The notes under the pieces are model-generated. The model searched no databases, was not told the DNA's origin, and worked only from the letters and a program-made list of their open reading frames with translations. From Leucoraja ocellata (lineage: Eukaryota), in the NCBI GenBank assembly GCA_036785375.1, contig JAWMAR010000023.1, positions 3,286,001 through 3,350,000 on the forward strand: DNA of 64,000 bases, read 5' to 3'. Both the position numbers and the translations under genes were made by a program. Position 1 is the stretch's first letter; each line of letters opens with the position of its first letter. Below are positions 38,825-50,300 of this stretch, in pieces.

Positions 38825-39004
38825 CAAGCGGGTCAGGCAGCATCTCTGGAGAAAAGTTAGTCTCGTCTGGGTTTGAGTCTGAAGAAGGGTCTCGGCCCGA
38901 AACGCCACTTATTCGTTTTATCTAGAGATTCTGTCTGATCAGCTGAGTTATCCCAACTTTTTGTGTCTACTGTTTAAACCAGCATCTGCAGTTCCTTCCT
39001 ACAC
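38825..39004 (+). mobile_element. Penelope-derived pseudo-LTR with partial inverted arm
   Basis: GAGTCTGAAGAAGGGTCTCGGCCCGAAACGCCACTT; ends CAGCATCTGCAGTTCCTTCCTACA. Confidence 0.7.
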
Positions 39005-39131
39005 AGGGACTTTTTGGCTGCTTTTCCCAGGCAACGTGGTGTAGATGGAGTCAATGGTGGGAAGTCTGCCTGTGTGATTGACTGGTCTACATCTACAACT
39101 CTGCAATTTCTTGTTGGCTTGGACAGAGAGA

Positions 39132-39432
39132 GGCTGCACGGTGATGCAGTGGTAAAGTTGCTGCCTTACCATGCCAGAGAACCTAGTTTGATCCTGCCTA
39201 TGTATGTTACTGGAGTTTGTATGTTCTCCCGATGACCTCGTGGGTTTTCTCTGGTTGCTCTGGTTTCCACCCACACTCCAAAAATGTACAGATTTGTAGG
39301 TTAATTGGCATTGGTAAAATTGTAAATTGTCCCTAATGTGTAGGATAGTATTAGCGTGTGGGGATCACTGGTCGGCGTGGACTCGGTGGGCCGAAGGGCC
39401 TGTTTCCATGCTGTATTTCTTAACTAAACTAA
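39132..39432 (+). mobile_element. tRNA-derived SINE (HE1/V-SINE-like)
   Basis: A/B-box-like head GCACGGTGATGCAGTGGTAAAG..GTTTGATCCTG; tail GGGCCGAAGGGCCTGTTTCCATGCTGTA..AACTAAACTAA. Confidence 0.8.
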
Positions 39433-41971
39433 GGGGCAAAATGCTGCGCAGTATTTAGCATTTAATGAAAGTGTGCCTATTTTGTTTGATTTTGTCATTG
39501 CACGATAAAGGCCTGTGAATTTTTAGCACTGAGTTCAAGTAAATGAAAAGAAAACAAAATTATGAAAGTGATACCTTTGGTTTTAATAGTTGAAGAAGTC
39601 ACTGGGCATTCAAAGCACTTCATTAGTCCGAAGTGGTTTATTTTCACACCAGCCATAAGAAGTTCATCAAATATTACTATGTGACTGGATTTACTTTCAT
39701 AATTTAAAGATCTTTTCATATTGTAACAAATAACTTCACAAAGTTTGTGTCTTCTAGAGTAAAGAAGAGACTTCAGTGATCCACCCTTAAACTTTTGAAT
39801 GAACCATATTTGAGGGTGGTAACCATTTTCAAATAAGTTTATTTTCAAATAGTTAATACAACTTATTTGCATTGATTGGTTTGATCATTTTGTAGAATAT
39901 TGCCCATTTTGACCATTTTGTAGAACATTTTGTAGAATAATTCTCCCAACATTAACCCATTAGTCCATGCTGGTTCTCTGTAACAGCAATTAAAATCCCA
40001 TGACCTGCGCCTCGGAGCCCCACCATTTTATCCCCTTCAAATACTCAGTCCATTTCTTTATAGTTAAATCTGCTTCCATAACTCGTTTCAAGTAATAAAT
40101 TCTGGATCCTGACTATTTGCCAGTTGAAAATTTATTCCACAAGTCATTCCCTGGTTTCAAAAAGTGCTTTGTCAGAATGGTAAATTGTTTATCCAAAGGT
40201 TGGTACATACAATGTTAAAATATTATATTCTCTGAATTAAAATATTTAATTCCTCCTCAACGGATATTACAGTATTTTAAAATGCACACTTTGAAAGACA
40301 ACTCACTCCTCTTAAACATATTAGCTACAATTAAGGTACTTTAAAAAAAGTAGTGTTGAATAACATAATAGAAAGGATTGTTTTTAATATTAGTGTTCTT
40401 TCAACATTCACTTGATGATTTAAAGTATAATTTGAGACTAAGTTTGCATCCAATCTTAAATGAGATACTGTATGCATTGCTCCAAATATTTAGTATATTG
40501 ATGTGTCTATAAAGATTTTTTAATTGTTGGAAAGCTTCAATGATATGTAAATTAAGTCAATTATATGTAGGGTTTTAATTAGCAGCTAGGTTCATGTGTG
40601 AAGTACATCAGATTAATTATGTGGCACATCTGCTGATAATTTACTGCTTTTCTGCAGACCCATCAAAACTGTGAAATTTGCATCCTTAGGTAGTTTGACA
40701 AGAAAGAGCAGAATTTGCCAACAAATAAATTATGTAATGCCTCTGTCTATGTTATGTTTGAAATTGTTTTGGTTTTGTAATAGGTTAAATAAATTGCTTC
40801 ATTAAATTATAACTTGCTTCATTTCGGGAGTAATTTATGTGCAGTTTACCATGCGCGTTGATGTGGATTATATATATTTTTGATAATCTGTGTCCTTAAT
40901 AGACATTTCTCATACATGATGTTTTGGTGAATAAAATACAATTGATTATATTTTATCACTAAAGTAAATCTGACCTAACATTTTTAAGTGAAAAAGTTAA
41001 AAGTTGCCATTTCAGGTTTTCTATATATTGATTAAGTAATGCCAATTCTTTTTGTCTTGCTGTGTGTGTTTTGCAGGAGTGATGGGGACAAATTTAATCT
41101 GCCCCTGGGAAATAACTGTTTTTGCACAAGGGAGAAGGATATGAGAGGGATAGGTTATTACCAGTGGATGTGTAGCACATTGATCCAAAGGGAGTAAATT
41201 TTAAACTAATATATACAAATGGTGAAGGTGGATGATTTTCAAAAACTTGTATTTTTATTAGAATGATATCAGTGTAATTTTAAGTGCTGTCTATAATATT
41301 TGTAGTAGAGTACCATTGTAATTTGAATATGTGAATTTTAATCTCTTGAAAAGGAGTGTCATTGACAGCCCAAAGTGATAGCCGCAAGGGAATTTGAAGA
41401 TTTGACAGAGTGGACATTATGCAGTCGATTGTTGACTTGCCTGAAGTCTTTCAAAATTATATTACGATATGCCATTCCTGGGAGCTCAGTATCTAATCAA
41501 ATTATAAATTCATTGTTTGATGACTAGATCATGTGCATTTTTTTAATACTCCGTATGAACACGCTGTTATGACATTGACCACCAATAGCAGTCTTTGCTT
41601 AAAATGCACAATGTTACATCTTTTTAAGTTTTGAATTACATTGACAGCTTTGTTAGTGTCATTCACTGACACCTGTCTGAGGAAACACCAACTCCTCAAG
41701 TAGTTCAAATAGCCTGTCAACTTTTCCACTCTTTATTGTAACCCTGGTGGAATTAGTGTGTTGATGTCAAATGCGAACAGGCGTTGGCACAAATAATGGT
41801 CACTTAGAAGGGAAGCAGAAGGTGCCTATCTGTAAACCTCTTCCTTTCCATCAGAAGAGAAAATACCTAGCACATGCTTTTTGGTGCACTACAATTTCTA
41901 GATCACTGTATGTATAACATGCATTTGTACATTTCAGTCCCAAGAACCTAGACAAGAAATCAATATTTAAT

Positions 41972-42105
41972 TTGTTTAAGAAGGAACTGCAGATGTTGGA
42001 AAATCGAAGGTAGACAAAAATGCTGGAGAAACTCAGCGGGTGAGGCAGCATCTATGGAGCGAAGGAAATAGGCAACGTTTCGGGCCGAAACCCGTCTTCA
42101 GACTG
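41972..42105 (-). mobile_element. Penelope-derived pseudo-LTR with hammerhead motif
   Basis: Nearly identical to 2612-2705 and 54545-54654. Confidence 0.75.
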
Positions 42106-43069
42106 GTTTGGTTTAGTTCCTTTCTTCCTTAAATTGGCATAAAATCTAAATAACTGACACTGCAGTTGAATGGATTATTTGTACAAGGAAGTTGCAGATC
42201 TGATCTTATTAAGCATTGGATGTTGTTTCAAAGATCCACCTGTAATTTATGCCAGTGGTTCTCAATATTCGTGAGTGAAAACCAACTGGTTCACATTCAG
42301 TAAAATATGTGCACCCCCTGAAATTGCCCAATGACATCATGGGCCACTCTTTTGATTCTCTGAGGCAGCTGTTGTACCAAGTATATATTTATGTATTTGT
42401 ACTTTTTGTGAACTTTCTTACTATATTACCTCAATATTGTTATAGGCTCAATGTGGCTCTTCCTGAGAGGTTATCCACCCCAGATTGAAAAAAAAATGCT
42501 TTTGAGGTTGTGTCCAGGGTAACTAAAGATGATTAAAGTGAGCTGACATTTTCTGCCAACATTCATTTTTTGTCTTTCACATTCAGGTTTATGTTTCTTT
42601 TCATATTTTGGGATCATTGGTATGTGTAAAGATTTTTTGTTCTCTGCCTCATGCCAATATGTCTTAAAGGAAGTACATTAATTGTCTTTTTATAATTCAA
42701 ACCATAATGTTTTCCAAAGAGATTTGAAAAGATTGTCTGCAAGCATAACTTCGTGCACATGTGTAGTCTGGTGAAATGATTGTTTTAATAGTTCAACTTT
42801 TGCCGGGTGATCAAAGTTATATAGCAGTCATATTTAGAATTGATATATTTTCAAGATATTGAGGGGAAAGTGGACGTGAGTTAGTGCACGAAAGTGGCAG
42901 TGAAAGTAATAATCATCTTAACTCTTATTGAATGATGAAGTAGGCAGGAGGGCTGAATGGCCTACTTATCTCATCTTATCTCTGGTTGTTGTGGTAAAGA
43001 CAAACAATTCTTGAATGATTTTTGTTTTAAATAGTGAATGAAGTATCTTGATATTTATTAGCTGTAATA

Positions 43070-43357
43070 CAGGTCCTCCCAGGGTTACAACAGTGATCCG
43101 TTCCTGAGAACTGGTCATAACCCAAACAGTTTACAAGTCAGAAATGCAACCATCCAGCAATAGATTTAAATAAAAACACACAGCAGCCAATGGCAATTGC
43201 AGTTAAACCATTCAGATGTTGCTGTGAACAGAGTTCCCACACGTTTAAAGACGTCTGAAGCCCCACAGCAGTCAGCACAACCCGACAGTCTCCCATGCAC
43301 TCCCTCGAATGTCCAGGCTGTACATAGCCTGGGTGTTCATTACCTGGGAAAGACCTG
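43070..43357. mobile_element. Tc1/mariner (Tigger/pogo-like) MITE
   Basis: TA|CAGGTCCTCCCAGG ... CCTGGGAAAGACCTG|TA. Confidence 0.7.
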
Positions 43358-46300
43358 TATAAACTCTTGAAAACGGTCTTGTGTGCTTTTATTATTTATA
43401 TAATTTAAAAGCAATTAGGGCAGTAAATAAAAGTGCAAGTGAATGGACCTCTGTGTGGTACCCTATTGTATATACATTTCTTTGTCCAAGATTATAGCAG
43501 TAATCATAGAGAAAATATGGTGTATTGTTACTGCTACACTTTTTTTGTGAGTTTGTACTTCTAGCAGGCTGTTGTTAAAGATTGATTTGAATCTGCAGTG
43601 GTGTAGTGTCTGCCAGGGACAATATTATGAACTCTAGTCAGTAGCCAGTCTGTCTAGCTTGTGGAAGATATTCAGTAAGCTTATAAATCATATGTTGTTT
43701 TATGACTCTAGTTGGTAAAATTCTCGACTGGGCAGCTTGCTGACAGTACGTTCCAGACATTCTGTCAGAATTTTGCTGTTTCAGCCACAGTGGCTTTTGT
43801 GCACTGATGTCAGTTTTGATTCCCATGTCTTCCTGGGGCCATTGACATATGACCTGAATGATACAGTTTCTCCCACCCCCAAGGTGCCTGAATATCCCAG
43901 ATGGTAGTGTGGTGGTGGTGGTGGGGGGGGGGGGGGGGGGGGGGGGGAGCAGAAGATCAAAACCTCATGGGAAAAAAATGCTGGGATTATGTGGTAGCTC
44001 CAACATGAAAGTAGCCTTGTCTTTAATCTTAAATTCAGTTGCTTCATTTTCAAGAAACAAAAAGAGACATTGAAAGTTGTATATTTCCATTGTGGTAAAG
44101 ATCTCCTTATTAAGACTTCTTATTATCACAACATAAATTGTCATGGGCATTCTTTTATTTATTTCTTTATATCCTTGCCCTGTCAGTTTGCGAGACAAGA
44201 AGAAAATGGCAGTTTTGTCTTGTTTATTTTTTATTGTGATCATGTTTGTGATGGTAGAATAACACAAAATGCAAGTTAAATATGGCTGAGGAGGTTCAGT
44301 TACCTCATATTAGTTCATCCTCCAGAACTTTCTTATTTGTTCACATTATTTGTTTAAGGAAATCCCTGGTCCTAAAAGTATCATTACAAGCTTGAAACTG
44401 ATGGCCTCTGTGTTTTCTCTCCTGCCTTTTCCTTTTTTTTGTGTTAATTTTATTATCTTATGACCCTTTATAAAGTCTTAGCATTAAATTATTTTAATAA
44501 AGTACATATTTGCTTTTCAGAAAGCTACTTTATGCCAGCAAAATATGAGAACAATACTTCACTCCATGTACAAAGGTTATAAAATATGAAGATTATTTGT
44601 AAAGATAGAAAGATAGGAAAGATTTAGTCAACAAGCCAAATGTAGGCAATTGGGACTAGTACAGTATGTCAAATCGGTAGCATGAACAAGGTAGGCTGAA
44701 GGGCCCATTTCCATGTTGACTATATAATCTTTAGATTTGTCTTTTATTTTGCTTCCTACATGATATTTCTATAATATGACAAATGTGTACAGTGCTGGTT
44801 CACTTGTAACTTTTCAAAGGGAAATGAAAAATATATATATTTGGAAAATAAAGAGATTGCAAAATTGGGGTAGGGGGATGGAAAAGTAAACAAGGGAAGA
44901 TATATTCTTATTAGAATTTGATTGAACAAGCACAAATAATGGGCCAAGTAACATCTTTCTTTCATATATATATATTTTGGAGTTCATAATCAAAAGCCAA
45001 TGTTAAAGTTAAATTTTCTGCTGCAGTTAGAATTTTATAATTAGTTTCATAAAGCGCCATATGATTTACAAGCTTATTGAATACCTTCTCTGAAACTTTC
45101 CACAGGCAACTCCAAGCTAAAGAAATGAAGTGGAATTGTTTTATCTTAATTCTGTTGTTTATTATAGGAATCCTTTCTGCAGGACATTCTGTATCAAGTT
45201 TTGTAATTTCTGTTCTCCAGTAGTCTTAAAATATAATAGTGCCGAGATTGCTGGAATATAAAGACCAGAAATTAATAGGCTGGTATACTCCATTTGAGTT
45301 TAACCCTTTTTTTCCTGGAAGAGTTGAGAAATTAATTGATTTCATTGGAATTATATTGGTGATACTGATTCTGAGCCGATTGAATTTCTTTCCAAAGATT
45401 ATTTTAAAGGTTTCATTCACATTTTTGGCTGCGTTAATTTAAAATTATTTTGTTAACTCAATATTTAAACATAGCCTATACACATGCTCAGTATAAAAGC
45501 AATTGTTAATTTTAAGTGTTCCTTTCACTTGTTCCTCCTTACAAAGTGTCAAACATTTTTTCTTATAATCTTAGAAAATTACCATTGGAGAAGAACTGAA
45601 ATATTGAGAGAGTGGTTGAATTGCCAGTGATCCCAGTCTCCTATTCTTTCTTTGTCTGCTTGTTTGAATATTAAAGAAGTGAAGAGGAGGGGTAGCATTT
45701 CACATGCAACTCTTGAAAGGTTCCCCATTCAGAGCATTGTGTTAGGACTGTGATGTTGCCAGGTTTCTGCATGGCTTTCCAGAGCGATGTCTTAAGAGAC
45801 CAGTTTAATGTCTAGGCTTGGATTTAACTGTTTCCTGGTTTGAATAGCGAAATATTAGCAGCAAACAGCCTATGTGTTTGCAGACACTAACACTCTTCCA
45901 GATGCACAATGTAATAATTAACACGATCTTTAAAATGTATTTATCATGGAATTTTTTCATGTACCATTATTCAGTTTGCTTTGCAGATTAGATTCTAGAA
46001 ATTGCTATGATCTTTCATGAAAAATATCAGGTTATTTCAATTTTCATGCCATGAAAGTAATTCATACATTAAGGTCTAGGAGAAATGGTAGACCACAAAA
46101 TCTGATGCAACCCAAGTTGTATTTTAAACTATGTTAGAGGAACAAAAATGGAGAATAGCATAGAGATTAATGAAGACTTGGAATATAGGATAACCTGACT
46201 GAAAGTCCATTTGTGAAGTATCGACTCCACTGCCATAGAATGGAAACAAAATCAGGGTTCTTATGGTCTTGTCATGGTTCTTGTCTCATTTAGTGCAACA

Positions 46301-46483
46301 TGGCTCATGAGCCGAGTGAAGATGGTCATGGCTCCTTTCGTAGAGAATTATGCTTGGACAGCCCGCAGAGCTTGGTGCTGGGTGACAACTTTTAAAAGAC
46401 TTGGTACCATATAATTATGAGTGCTTATAGACTATATTGTATTAAAAGATAACCTAAAAGAACATGCAATGGTCCATTGCCGT

Positions 46484-46530
46484 AGTCAGGTAATTAAAGT
46501 AAAGGCTTACTTTACTTTAATTACCTGACT
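46484..46530. repeat. Perfect 21-bp inverted repeat with a 5-nt spacer
   Basis: AGTCAGGTAATTAAAGTAAAG-GCTTA-CTTTACTTTAATTACCTGACT. Confidence 0.95.
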
Positions 46531-47291
46531 TGGTTTATTAACTGGGCTGGAGATGGTTAACAGAGAAAATTAGTTGCAACCCATCCCCCATCACTTACTT
46601 ATTTACTTGTAGGTAGCTGGAGGGAAGGGGCTGGTTGTAGTAAGACTTTAGATGGTTGGATAGAATAATGATTGTTGTTGCTAAATGTTTTATGCTTTCC
46701 TATATTCTGCATCAGTTGTTGTAGACTTATGTGTTTTGAGCTTGACTAAATATTGTGATGGCATTGTCCATTTAAGAAGTGGGATCATTTATATAATGAT
46801 TTACAGACTTTTTTTAAGGGGGGAGGGTTGTAAGAAATTATAAATGTTCAAAAATGGTTATGAAGTTTTACTATAAATTTGACGCTCAGCTACCATTATA
46901 TGTACGATATATTATGATTTCCCTCTTATACCCAGTATAATAACCTACTAAAACATGATTTCACTATTTTTAAAATTAGCACATGAAGTTCTATAAATTC
47001 TATGATGCAGTTGTATGTTTAATTGCAATCTGTATTAGTGGAATAAAGCTTTTAGTTTCCTATGATATGTTTTTCTAGAAGAGCCCGGGAGGACCCAACT
47101 ATATTTTCGAATTTGATATCAAAAAAGTCCCCAGGCTTGACTTTGGCTTGGGTCAGATCATAATTTTATATGCAAACAGATTCCTACTTCTTGGAATTAG
47201 TGGATGATTTTCTTTCTCTGCCCATAACATTTTCAACCAGTCACACCTTTGTGAGATGAATAAAAAGGGTTAAAAAAACTCAGTGTGACTA

Positions 47292-47372
47292 GTAGTCTGA
47301 AGAAGGGTCTCGACCCGAGACGTCCCCAGATGCTGCCTGACCTGCTGAGTTCCTCCAGCACTTTGTGTTTTG
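47292..47372 (+). mobile_element. 81-bp Penelope-derived element
   Basis: CTGAAGAAGGGTCTCGACCCGAGACGTC; 11-bp TSD CAGTGTGACTA. Confidence 0.75.
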
Positions 47373-50300
47373 CAGTGTGACTAACTACTTGAATCGTATC
47401 CTACCTTACCTCCTAATAAAGAACTACCTGGCGGACACTCAGACTCTGCTGTAAATCTTGCTTGCACGAGGTAATTTAGTGGGAGGGGAGATTGATGTTG
47501 AACTAGCAAATATTTTTGTGCATTTAGGGTGCATATGACACAACTTAACCCCTTTGTGTATAAGTGAAACAACTAAATTAACTAAATTTCATTATTGGAA
47601 TTTATAATAATCAGACACAGTACATTGTACCAGTTAGATTTTTTAATTAATTATGAGGCTCGGGATATAAAGTGGGTATACCTGCTAGGACTTGGCTCAG
47701 TTCTCAGAACCTTTCTTAGTAACTGCGATCACAGAAGCAAGAGTCTTGGTAAGTTTATAATATTTGCCTCAGCTCAACAAATGAAATTGACAAGGAGCAT
47801 TTTATGAATGAAAAAGGAAAATGGTGTAGTAAGAAAGAAAACAAATCCATTCGCAGGTATAAAGATATAAAGGAGGTACAGACCTTTAAAGGGATAGTAG
47901 ACAGATGGGGAAGGAATATGAATGTAAGATGGGGGAGGTCAGTCTACCAGTCGTATTTAGTGAATAGAGGGGGAAATGCAGGCAGAAAACAAAAGCTGAC
48001 AGACAGCCTTCAACCCCAGTCTAACAAGAGTGTATGCATGAAAGATCAAGCCTATTCAGAGTTTTGAAGGGAAATCTCTGGAGGACCACCTGAAAGATTT
48101 GGAGAGGACATTATATGCAGCTGGGATTTTAATTTAAAAAACAGTTTAGAAAGAAATGCCTAAATTAGGAGTGAGAACAAGAGGATTACAGTTCATTGAT
48201 GCACAGCTACTTTAGGGATGTGTTTACATATCCTAGAAATGACATTTGCAAACAAATGTCTTGGGCAAGATTTTTAAAGCAAAAATAAACAAGATATTTT
48301 TCTAATTCAACTGCGAGGGTAAGTGACTACCTGGAACAACAGAATGTTATTTATTTTTTATCTTTATTATTTGGTGTTGAAAAGGACCCATGCAACAATT
48401 TTGAAAAACAAGACAGCTACCATCCATTTGAATCATTTCAAGAAAGGGATTTTTTGACTTTTCGGTGAATTTAGATCAAAATATGTGATTTGGATACAAT
48501 TTGTGGATGTTTTTAAAGGACTGAAAATTTTCAACAAGTCTTCACCAAGATGTGTATGTTTAAAAGATACTTCTGGTTATGGAGAACAAATTTGAGTTTT
48601 CCAGATGTCTTTTTGCAGCTATTAAATATTAGATCAAGGTCATTCCTGTTGCATTAACTTATAACGTGGATTCCTAAGAGATGTTGCACCTTTTTACAAA
48701 TGTACAGTCCATCGATGTCATAAATTGATTTAATATGTCCTTTTTATTTCTTGTCAATCAATAAACCTTGCTCCACATATGTCCTTTATAAAGAGAGCAG
48801 GAAAAGAAGGGTAATTACTGAATAACCTTTTTACAGACTACTGTGTTTATAAAATTATTTTGGCTCATTTGCAAATTGATTAGCTAAGAAGAATACTGCC
48901 AAGGCAAATTCGATTGGTTTGTGAAATTTAGTTGAACCGGGTAAATTTTTGTTTCTAAATGTTTGTCAGCCAGAAAAGTCAGTGCTGGCCAAATATTACT
49001 GAGAATGTGACCAAATAATTCTTAATCTGTTGAATATTTAATGTTGCAGAAAGGAAAATACAATAATCGCTTTGTTTTTTGTCAAACCTACTTTTGAAAT
49101 GATTGCTGGGCATTTCAAGACATGTATATTCTGGTATTGGTTTATTATTGTCACAGTGAAAAACTTTGTTTCATGAGTTATCCAGGCACATCATTTCACA
49201 TGTGAGTTCTTTAGTTGAACTAAGGAATTGTGAGATGCCTCTAAACAGTATTTGTGAAGTAAATAGCAGATTTACTTTTCTCTCAAATTGGGATTCAGTC
49301 GGAGACCAGAAAGTAGAAGTACACTGCAAATTGCAAAGTGATTATGACATTGCTTGGCTGCATTCAGCTGCAAAATTGAGCAATATTTATATGTTGAGTG
49401 CCCTTAAAGCTGCTATTAATTTTAGAACAGCCAGGTTTTTCCAAAACTAGATGATAATTTCACACAAAGTATTAAGACATATCCTGTAACATTGCATAGA
49501 AAACTGAATTTGTGGTAATAAAAAGCCTTTATAAGGCAGCCTGCTGTTTGTTTTACTCATTCTGTTGTAGAAATTATCTTGGGCTTGTAGCAACTTGTTT
49601 TTTAAGTTGTACATTTTGGAAGAATACCAGGAAACAATTTAATATGTGACAACTATTGAACTTGTATAGATCTGTTCGTGCATTGAAGTTTTTTTGGCTG
49701 GCTGCTGAAATTGAAATTTAAAATTGCAAGGTAAAAAACATTTAATTATATCACAATCTTTTTTTTACTGTGATTTTGTAAATGGAATTTAGTATTTGCT
49801 GTGAAAATAGCGGTAAAATATCTTGGCCAATGTGTACAAGTTAAGTTAGCTCATTCTTTCTAACCATTTAAAATCTGTAGGCATGTCATTAATGCTAATG
49901 GAACATGATAGGGTTTCAGCTGTGTTTTTAAAGTGAATTTTAGCTTAATATTATTGAAACAATTCCTCCTCTGTCAATTCTATCATTTTTGGTACCAGTA
50001 GATACAGTTTTGATACCGGGGGGGGGGGGGGGGGGAATGCATTGTTGTGCCAAATAATAAAGTGTGTATCATCTTGTAGATTTTTTATTCAATAACTGCA
50101 ACAAAAGTAAACCAATATGGTAGGATGTTTTTTTTTAATATAAAAAAGGCTTAAATAAATATTATAAAACTGATATTTATATTACTGAAAAAATCTGATT
50201 TGAAGAAAGGGTAATGAAATTAGTGTATTTGTTGCAAAGTTGTTTTTAGCATTTTTTTAAAGAGTTCAGTGATTTGGTTGGGTAATGCAGGAGGAGAGGC

